A DNA stretch of 64,000 bases, from the NCBI GenBank assembly GCA_964576115.1, contig CAZNUA010000009.1, forward strand, positions 20,364-84,363, in the 5' to 3' direction. Origin of the DNA: an uncultured Gemmatimonadota bacterium. Its GTDB lineage: Bacteria > Blakebacterota > Blakebacteria > Blakebacterales > Blakebacteraceae. A program made the translations under genes and the position numbers. Position 1 is the stretch's first letter. Every line of letters begins with the position of its first letter. The notes beneath the pieces are model-generated. The model searched no databases, was not told the origin of the DNA, and saw only the letters and a list, made by a program, of their open reading frames with translations. Positions 41,261 through 48,371 of this stretch are shown piece by piece.

Positions 41261-42583
41261 ATGAGAACGGGAAGAACCGAGCAGGTTACGAAATCGAAAC
41301 AGGTTGCGGGAGCTGCGGCGGGCCTTGCTGTACTGCTCCTGCTGGCGGTTCCCACTCTCGTGCTGGCCCAGGGCGAGGAACAGGAGGGGCCACCTCCGCA
41401 GTTGCTCATGAGCAACGCGACGACCTACTACACGACGGCCACCGACAAGGTCCAGACCGGGGATGGTAATCCCATCAACGATTACCACGAGGCTATCCGG
41501 TACTACCATCTCTACCTCGATGCCGTGCCCGACATCGCCTTCGAAGACTCGGTCTCGATCTATTCGAAGATCGCCGATTCGTACTGGAAGCTGAGCGATT
41601 ACGCCTCCAGGAACAACAGTGAGGTGGAGTGGACCGAAGCGCTGGAGTACTACCAGTGGCTGATCGACCGCGATCCGCCCCAGGAGGACCAGAGCTACAA
41701 TTACTTCCAGGCCGGATGGGCCAAGGTCCAGCTCGAGGGGTACGCTCCGGCCATGGAGTACTTCGAGACCTACCTCGAGTTGCGTCCTGAAGACCTCGAA
41801 AAGCAGGTCTGGGTAGCCCAGATCTACCTCTCGATCACCAATCCGAACAAGGCTCTCGATCACTTTCTCTATGTCTTCGAGCGAAATCCCGATTACCCCG
41901 ATATCGAGCAGCAGGTTCTGAACCAGCGCCTGCGGCTCGAGTTCCGTTACGAGGAGATCACCTCGCTGCTGGTCGAGAAGCGGCCCGAGACGCCGCAGTA
42001 CGAGTTCGATCTGGCCCGCTACTACCTGCGGCAGGCCCGCTTCGACGAGGGGCTTGCGCTGCTGCAGTCGTATCTCGGGAAGCGTCCCGACGACATCGAA
42101 GCCCTGAACGCTCTGGCCGATGAGTACGTCCGGCGCGGCAACTACGCCGACGCCCACGCCCAGTACGACCGGATCCTGGCCGTCGAGCCTCAGAACATCG
42201 ATGCTCTGTGCGCCAAGGCCTATGCCTATCTGCAGCAGAACGACATCATGGCCACCATCCGGTTGGCCGACCGGGCTCTGAGAGTCGACGCCGATCACCC
42301 CTATGCCAACCGGCTCATGGGTGACGCCGGTCAGCAGTGGGCCCTGCGCAAGTTCGCCGAAGACTATCCCGAGCGCGACCTCTCGCTCATGACCTACGAT
42401 TACAAACTGCTCATGAAGCGGTTCGCCGATGAGTTCTACGAGAAAGCCAAGGCCGATCCGTCACAGCGCTCGCACGCCAACAGCCAGATCACATACCTGC
42501 AGCAGTTCTTCCCGCAGCCGCAGGACCAGTTCATGTGGGACCGCAACAAGGATCCGGTCATTCCCTTCCCGCCGCCGTGCTGA
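41261..42583 (+). CDS. Secreted tetratricopeptide-repeat protein
   Basis: Signal peptide, repeated Tyr/Ala-rich TPR helices. Confidence 0.8.
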   Translation: MRTGRTEQVTKSKQVAGAAAGLAVLLLLAVPTLVLAQGEEQEGPPPQLLMSNATTYYTTATDKVQTGDGNPINDYHEAIRYYHLYLDAVPDIAFEDSVSIYSKIADSYWKLSDYASRNNSEVEWTEALEYYQWLIDRDPPQEDQSYNYFQAGWAKVQLEGYAPAMEYFETYLELRPEDLEKQVWVAQIYLSITNPNKALDHFLYVFERNPDYPDIEQQVLNQRLRLEFRYEEITSLLVEKRPETPQYEFDLARYYLRQARFDEGLALLQSYLGKRPDDIEALNALADEYVRRGNYADAHAQYDRILAVEPQNIDALCAKAYAYLQQNDIMATIRLADRALRVDADHPYANRLMGDAGQQWALRKFAEDYPERDLSLMTYDYKLLMKRFADEFYEKAKADPSQRSHANSQITYLQQFFPQPQDQFMWDRNKDPVIPFPPPC

Positions 42584-42608
42584 GCCCGACCTGATCAACA
42601 GAGCGTGA

Positions 42609-42646
42609 ATGAGAAACGGCCCCGGAAACCCGGGGCCGTTTCTCAT
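42609..42646. terminator. Probable bidirectional terminator between convergent genes
   Basis: Perfect 14-bp inverted repeat ATGAGAAACGGCCC/GGGCCGTTTCTCAT. Confidence 0.7.
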
Positions 42647-42770
42647 GGGAGGACGATAATACTTCCGCTCCATACCGGACTGTCGCGTTCTATCGCTGTC
42701 TGTCGTGTACCCCTTTCGTCTCGTGCTGCATAGACTGCGTCTCCGGCGCGTCGGGCGCCGCCGGATAGCA

Positions 42771-45173
42771 CTATTTCCGGTCCCACCAGCGCTTCCAGGC
42801 CTTGATATCCCAGCCGAATTCCTGACCGGTGGCTTCCTGCAGGGTCTCGATGGTGCGGCGGTCCCACATGGTCATGCTGTAACGACGCCGGCGTTGGGTA
42901 CCGTCGCGCGAAGTGACGACGCCGGTGAAGTCCTGCCAGGCCTGGTCGATCAGGGTGCCGATGAAGTGCCGGTTGCCCTCTTCGACCATGATCCGGAAGG
43001 CTTGTAGCGCGTTCTCGGAACTCATGAGGTAGTAGTGACCCTGGTACTGTTCGAAGTACTTGAGGACGATCCCGTTGTACTCGGGATGCCCCCGATAGGC
43101 CAGGACGATAGCGGCCCGGAAGCGTGCCGTACGTTCCTCGGTTTCGTCCCGAGCAATCGCCGCGAGCAGTTCGATCCCTGGGTCGCCGAGCCGGGAAAAG
43201 AGGGGAATAACAGTCTCTCCCCGTGGATGATACCAGGCCCGCTGCTGAACCTCGAGGCGCATGAAGGGACGGCTCTCGGTCCAGAAGGAAATGGCGTTCT
43301 CCTGGCGCGCTTGAACAAGATCGGTGAGGTAACGCCCGAGCGCTTCCTGTGCCAGTGAGTATATGCGTATGGCTTCGCGAATCCTCCCCGAGAGATTCCC
43401 CCGGTTCCCTGTCCTGGCCCCAAAGGGGATCTCCTTGAGTTGGTCGTAATACTGCCGCATTGTCGCCAACTCGGTCCGAGCCGCCCGCCAGAGAGCGGCC
43501 GGGTATTCAGGTGCGTCCCAGGCCTTCAGATAGGGGAGTATATCCATGTCCGCGGGAGTGGATTCAGCCCGCTGGTGATGACTTTGATCCAGCCAGAGGG
43601 AACGCCTGACCAGATCGGCATCAGCACTCGATCCATGCTCCCGGAACCAGATCTGAGCCACATTTCTTTTATACCCATCGCTCCTTCTATACCAATCCGT
43701 GCGATCATCGGGATCGACCAGGAGCCACGTTTCCATCAGGGAACGGACCTCGGATCCGAAGTCGATACCCCACCGAAAGTACCGGCTGCTGAATCGATAG
43801 ATGACAGAAACGTCATTGTAGGTGAGAAGATCGTTCTGCAGGCTTTCCGTTCCCCGTGGATCTTCCCGCGCAAAAAGCACCGTGGCGGCCATCAGGCGGA
43901 CGGTGAGGGAGGGGCTCTCGAGAAAAGAGGCGATCATCTCGGTGTGTTCGGGATGGTTGGCGACCCCGGCCAGGTGCAGGGCGGTCAACCGGTGCAGGTC
44001 GGAGTGATCGGGTTGGGCGGCGACTGTCAGGCAGCGCCCGATCCAGTTCCTGCTCCGGTGCCTGGCGGCCAGTTCCTCCAGCTCGGTGATATCATCGACC
44101 GGCGATCTGTCCCGCAGTGTCACCGGTTCGGGTTGATACTCTTTACCCAGCAGGGTGTGAGCCGTACGAATGTAATAGTCGTCAGTATAGCTTTGAGGAG
44201 AGCGGATGTAGGTGCGCCAGATGAACTGCCGTGCGATTGCGGCCGGTTCACCCTCGTGCATTGAGGCCCGGGCTTCGATGAACCGGTCGAGCAGAACCTG
44301 AAGACTTGCCTCGGGGGGGCCGAGACGGATGGTGAGGTGGTTCAGGTAGCGGCGGGGCTGCTGCCAGGCGACGCCGGGGGGGATGAAGGTCACCGTCCAG
44401 AAGACGACGGCGTAGATGAAGATCGCCAGGCCGCCGACGAATACCGGCCGGCGTACGAGGAAGCCGCTTTCTCCTTCTCGGTCGGGCACAGCCACCACGA
44501 CTGCGGCCACGGCGACGAGCAGAGGGATGAGAATGTCGGCGATCCATCGCCGGCTCGGTTCGGTGTCAGTTATGGTGTCAGTTATAAAGAGCAGCTTGAG
44601 AGGACTTATGGTGAACAGCACGTAGCCGGCGACGATCACGAGGGCCGTTACCAGAAGTGCCTGAGTCTGCCGGCCGAAGATCCTGCCGAAATAGAGACCG
44701 AGGCTGAGACCGGCGGCGGCGATCATGAATCCCCCCAGCCACCGTTCGAAGGCCCACGGCGCGGGGATATTCCACTCGATCGGCCAGGCCCCGGTCCAGA
44801 TCTCGATGACGCCGAGCACGATCATGAAAATGAAGATCTCACCCAACCGCACGCCGAGCTTGGTGGCGAAGATGTCGTCTTCGGGGATCGGCTTGGCCAG
44901 CAAGGGAGTCAGGGTTTCCTGTTCCTGTTCGACGGCGTAGGCGGTCACCCCGAGACAGATGGCGATGAAGAGCAGGACGGTGATGACCGAGGTGTGGAAT
45001 CCGATTCCCCAGATGTAGGCGCTGAATTCCACCGAGTTGTACAGCGTTCTCTGGGGCGTGCTCATTGCCAGGTGAACGATCATGAAGAGGAAGGCCAGCG
45101 TGATGAAAAGCCACGTTTCTCTGACTTCCTTCCACCACAGTTTCTGCTGCTGTTGGAGCCACCAGTGCTTCAT
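42771..45173 (-). CDS. ABC-2 type permease fused to a large helical (HEAT-like) C-terminal region
   Basis: WWKEVRE start, E.ETLTPLLAKPIP..IFATK, about 6-7 TMs, then about 500 aa soluble ending LQEATGQEFGWDIKAWKRWW. Confidence 0.72.
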   Translation of the reverse strand: MKHWWLQQQQKLWWKEVRETWLFITLAFLFMIVHLAMSTPQRTLYNSVEFSAYIWGIGFHTSVITVLLFIAICLGVTAYAVEQEQETLTPLLAKPIPEDDIFATKLGVRLGEIFIFMIVLGVIEIWTGAWPIEWNIPAPWAFERWLGGFMIAAAGLSLGLYFGRIFGRQTQALLVTALVIVAGYVLFTISPLKLLFITDTITDTEPSRRWIADILIPLLVAVAAVVVAVPDREGESGFLVRRPVFVGGLAIFIYAVVFWTVTFIPPGVAWQQPRRYLNHLTIRLGPPEASLQVLLDRFIEARASMHEGEPAAIARQFIWRTYIRSPQSYTDDYYIRTAHTLLGKEYQPEPVTLRDRSPVDDITELEELAARHRSRNWIGRCLTVAAQPDHSDLHRLTALHLAGVANHPEHTEMIASFLESPSLTVRLMAATVLFAREDPRGTESLQNDLLTYNDVSVIYRFSSRYFRWGIDFGSEVRSLMETWLLVDPDDRTDWYRRSDGYKRNVAQIWFREHGSSADADLVRRSLWLDQSHHQRAESTPADMDILPYLKAWDAPEYPAALWRAARTELATMRQYYDQLKEIPFGARTGNRGNLSGRIREAIRIYSLAQEALGRYLTDLVQARQENAISFWTESRPFMRLEVQQRAWYHPRGETVIPLFSRLGDPGIELLAAIARDETEERTARFRAAIVLAYRGHPEYNGIVLKYFEQYQGHYYLMSSENALQAFRIMVEEGNRHFIGTLIDQAWQDFTGVVTSRDGTQRRRRYSMTMWDRRTIETLQEATGQEFGWDIKAWKRWWDRK

Positions 45174-45856
45174 GAGGTACTCCTTGTCACTTCACCGCGG
45201 GCGAAGAACACCGCTGCCAGTGAACCCGAGATCACGATCAGGGCGATATGGGCCCAGAAATAGCGCCAGGGCGCCTGGTAAAACGGGATCTCCCAGATAC
45301 CGAGAAAGATCGGCAGGGCCGCCAGGGCGGTGCCGAGAGATCCTCCCACGATGAGAGCGGTGCTTTGATACGGCACCCGCACCGAGACTGCCGCGGTGAC
45401 GAGTACGATCACCAGTTGCGCGGCCAGAATCGACAGGGTGGCGTACCAGATCGCGTAGGGGGGCGTCCAAAGAAAGAGGGAGGGCACCACCGCGTTCAGG
45501 CGGATGAGACCGATGGTGGTGAGCGTCACACTCAGGACAAGAGTGAGGACGAGCCGCAAGCCGATCTTGGCCGCCAGCAGGCGAGTTAGCGGAATCGGCT
45601 TGCTGAAAAGGAACTCCTCGGTTTCCTCGTCGCGCTCTCCCACGTGGGCATCCATGCCCAGAATCATGGGGATGAGAATCATGGCCACTCCCCAGCCCAG
45701 GATGGCGAGCGGTAAAGTGGTGAACCAGTCGGTGTAGTACGAACTGATCTCGCTCCCGATGGGTTCGATCGGCATGAGGCTGATGGTGACGAGGTAGAAA
45801 GCTGCCAGAACCAGGAACCGTGTTCTGATTGCCCGCCACTCCTTCCAGAAGATCAT
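45170..45856 (-). CDS. ABC-2 type transporter permease
   Basis: MIFWKEWR, ERDEETEEFLFSKPIP..LLAAK, 6 TMs. Confidence 0.85.
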   Translation of the reverse strand: MIFWKEWRAIRTRFLVLAAFYLVTISLMPIEPIGSEISSYYTDWFTTLPLAILGWGVAMILIPMILGMDAHVGERDEETEEFLFSKPIPLTRLLAAKIGLRLVLTLVLSVTLTTIGLIRLNAVVPSLFLWTPPYAIWYATLSILAAQLVIVLVTAAVSVRVPYQSTALIVGGSLGTALAALPIFLGIWEIPFYQAPWRYFWAHIALIVISGSLAAVFFARGEVTRSTS

Positions 45857-46863
45857 GCCGTCACCTCCCCGGGGCCGTTTTCCTCTGAGCCCCCTCCCTC
45901 GGGCACGGCCGCGGTCTCCTCCCCCGGCAGGTTCGGCTCTTCGACCAGCGGAACGTAAGCTCCGGCTCCCTCGCCCGGACTCGAGCCGAGGACGATCTCG
46001 GCGAAGATCTCGTCCAGACTCAGGCTGTGGGTCTCCAGGCTCAGGGGGGCGTAGGCATCGCGCAGGCGGCTGACGATCACACCCGGTTCGCCCCGGGCGG
46101 TCAGAATCAGGTCGCGACCGCTGGAAGACAGGCGCAGCAGGCCGTCGAGTTCGATCGAAGTCGGGGCGGGGCCCTCGAGAGTGAGTTCGTAGCGTTTGAC
46201 GCTGGCCTTGAGTTCATCCACCGGCGCGGCGGCCCGCAGCTTGCCTTTATCCAGGATCCCCACCCAGTCGGCCACCTGCTCGAGTTCCTGCAGGATGTGG
46301 GTCGAGAAGAAGACCGTACGGCCCTCTTCCTGGATGGCCCGGACGATGTCGCCCAGGAACTCCTGCCGGCTGATCGGATCCAGCCCCATGGTGGGATCGT
46401 CGAGGATCAGCAGGTCGGGTCGGGGGGCCAGGGCCAGCAGGAGGCTGAGGCGGGCGTTCTGGCCCTTGCTCAAGGTCTTGATTTTCGCCTCGGGATCGAG
46501 TTCGAAGCGGTCGCGGAATTTCTCGGCCAGATCAGTATCCCAGACCTCGTAAAAACCGCTGGTGAAGCGCATGATCTCGCGCACCCGCATCCAGCCGTAC
46601 ATTTTCTGTCCCTCGGCTACGTACCCGATTGTCTGGCGCATCGGCACCGGGTCGGCCTGGGGATCGTATCCCAGCACCCGGGCCGAGCCCGAGGTGGGGC
46701 GGATGAGGTTCAGCAGAAGCTTGATGGTGGTCGTCTTGCCCGAACCGTTGCGGCCGAGGTAGCCGAAGACACTGCCGCGCGGTACGTCGAGGTCGAGCCC
46801 GTCGAGTGCAGTGACCTCGCCGAAGCGACGGGTCAGTCCGCTGGTGGTGATAACCGTCTCCAT
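45853..46863 (-). CDS. ABC transporter ATP-binding protein (YtrB-like)
   Basis: GRNGSGKTT, LSKGQ, LILDDPT, FSTH. Confidence 0.94.
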   Translation of the reverse strand: METVITTSGLTRRFGEVTALDGLDLDVPRGSVFGYLGRNGSGKTTTIKLLLNLIRPTSGSARVLGYDPQADPVPMRQTIGYVAEGQKMYGWMRVREIMRFTSGFYEVWDTDLAEKFRDRFELDPEAKIKTLSKGQNARLSLLLALAPRPDLLILDDPTMGLDPISRQEFLGDIVRAIQEEGRTVFFSTHILQELEQVADWVGILDKGKLRAAAPVDELKASVKRYELTLEGPAPTSIELDGLLRLSSSGRDLILTARGEPGVIVSRLRDAYAPLSLETHSLSLDEIFAEIVLGSSPGEGAGAYVPLVEEPNLPGEETAAVPEGGGSEENGPGEVTA

Positions 46864-46865
46864 GA

Positions 46866-47270
46866 TCAGGCGTCTCCCTTCATAGTCTCGGCGTCGAAGA
46901 GGGCTTTCAGACGCTCCTGGATGAGTTCTTCGAGCTCGGCCCGGGGCAGCCGCAGGTGTTCTGCCTCGACCAGGGCCAGGTCGAGTTTCTCGGATACCGC
47001 CTTGCGGCGTTCAGATTCGGTGATCGATACGTCACCGTCGGCCACGAACGTCCCGATCCCCTTGCGCGTCAGGACGATCCCTTCGCGTTCGAGCAGCTGG
47101 TAGGCCTTGGCGACGGTGTTGGGATTGACAGTCAGCATCTCGGCCACCTCGCGCACCGACGGTACCTGTTCGCCGCTGCGCAGGCTTCCCAGGGCGATCG
47201 AACGTTTGATGGCCCGGGAGATCTGGAGGTAAACCGGGACGCCGCTGTCAGGGTCGATTGGGAACCGCAT
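46866..47270 (-). CDS. GntR-family regulator, YtrA subfamily
   Basis: PVYLQI, VPSVREVAEMLTVNPNTVAKAYQLLEREG..RKGIGTFV, short C-terminal helix; heads an ABC operon. Confidence 0.93.
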   Translation of the reverse strand: MRFPIDPDSGVPVYLQISRAIKRSIALGSLRSGEQVPSVREVAEMLTVNPNTVAKAYQLLEREGIVLTRKGIGTFVADGDVSITESERRKAVSEKLDLALVEAEHLRLPRAELEELIQERLKALFDAETMKGDA

Positions 47271-47286
47271 CATACACCCCCCGATT

Positions 47287-47329
47287 GGTGTCTGCTGATG
47301 TAATACACCAGACACCGGGGGTGTGTCAA
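47287..47329 (-). promoter_or_regulatory. Promoter with overlapping inverted repeat (candidate YtrA operator)
   Basis: Minus strand TTGACA, 18 nt, TATTAC; GGTGTCTG (47287-47294) and CAGACACC (47309-47316) flank the -10. Confidence 0.6.
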
Positions 47330-47359
47330 GGGTGATGAGGGAGAAAAGGCGATTGCTGG

Positions 47360-47743
47360 TCAGGTCATTGTTACATGTTCTCGGAACCAGTGTGCTATGG
47401 TGGCCAATCTCATGTGGGTGGTGGCCACCTTCAGGGTGAATGATTGCAGAACCGCATTGCTGACGGACAGGTCGTAACCGTTTATCTGCAGAAAGAGCAC
47501 CGCCGCCCCGACAGCCGTTCGCTTGTTGCCGTCGATGAAAGGATGGTTGCGGGCGATCGACTCCATCAGGGCCGCCGCATTGTCGAACAGCTCCGGGTAC
47601 AGATCTCGGCGGTTGAAAGTCAGCCATGGTCTCTCGACCGCTGCGGTGAGGGCTCCCAGATCGCGCACACCGTGACTGCCCCCGGTCTCGGCTATCAGTC
47701 GGGCATGCAGGAAGAGTACCTGGGACACTGTGAGACGTTTCAT
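47360..47743 (-). CDS. doc: Death-on-curing (Doc/Fic) family toxin
   Basis: HPFIDGNKRTA Doc-type motif; GSHGVRDLGAL; overlaps the antitoxin stop. Confidence 0.92.
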   Translation of the reverse strand: MKRLTVSQVLFLHARLIAETGGSHGVRDLGALTAAVERPWLTFNRRDLYPELFDNAAALMESIARNHPFIDGNKRTAVGAAVLFLQINGYDLSVSNAVLQSFTLKVATTHMRLATIAHWFREHVTMT

Positions 47744-47985
47744 CCCCGGTTGGCCAGTTTTTCCAGCGCCGGCCGGTACTCCTCGATGAACTCGGCAACC
47801 TGGCTGGCGAATTCACGATCGATATCGGTCGGATAGGACGGGCTGAAGGTCACCAGGATGCGGCGGCTTTCATGGTCCACTTCGACCTCGGCTTCGCTAC
47901 CTTCAGTCAGACCGAGCTGTTCCACTACGTCTCTGGGGATCGAGACGACCAGGCTGTTCCCGGCTTTGAAGACTTTACGGGGCAT
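47740..47985 (-). CDS. AbrB/MazE-family antitoxin
   Basis: RKVFKAGNSLVVSIP..LGLTEG; acidic C-terminal helix FIEEYRPALEKLA. Confidence 0.9.
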   Translation of the reverse strand: MPRKVFKAGNSLVVSIPRDVVEQLGLTEGSEAEVEVDHESRRILVTFSPSYPTDIDREFASQVAEFIEEYRPALEKLANRG

Positions 47986-48002
47986 GTGATCCCTCGCGTA
48001 TC

Positions 48003-48023
48003 TGTTATAACAGTGTTATAACA
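48003..48023. promoter_or_regulatory. Tandem palindromic operator of the toxin-antitoxin pair
   Basis: Two perfect palindromes TGTTATAACA (48003-48012, 48014-48023) 1 nt apart, containing a TATAAC -10-like hexamer. Confidence 0.7.
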
Positions 48024-48223
48024 TCATAATGGCAGCCAGACCGCGTGTCCACCCTGTTCAGATCGGGCTGTGCGATGAAGATCGGGACAGGCGGTCGGAA
48101 GAGCCCGAACCCGGCTTGTGAGCCGGCAGGGGGGAGGCGTATATTGACGGTTCCCGTCGCGGCGAACGTATCCGGGTGAGCGCGTGCGGGCGGATGCGCA
48201 GGCGCGAATTCATTCAGGCTACC

Positions 48224-48299
48224 GTATCCGAGCCAGCGCATCCGGGCGAACGCATACGAGCGACTGCATCCGAGCGACTGCATCCGAGCGAACGCATCC
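48224..48299 (+). repeat. 14-bp tandem repeat, about 5.5 copies (consensus GCATCCGAGCGAAC/CT)
   Basis: Units start at 48224, 48238, 48252, 48266, 48280 and 48294 (partial); a related unit at 48168 and an inverted core at 48191-48199. Confidence 0.9.
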
Positions 48300-48371
48300 A
48301 CACGAGATCGAGAGAGGTACCGGACGGCCGGGAGGCAGGTCCGGGACACGAGCGCGAAAGGTGATACAAAG

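Noticed and set aside
48168-48299. Possible CRISPR array
   Set aside because: Units are contiguous 14-mers with no unique spacers, and no cas genes are in the window.
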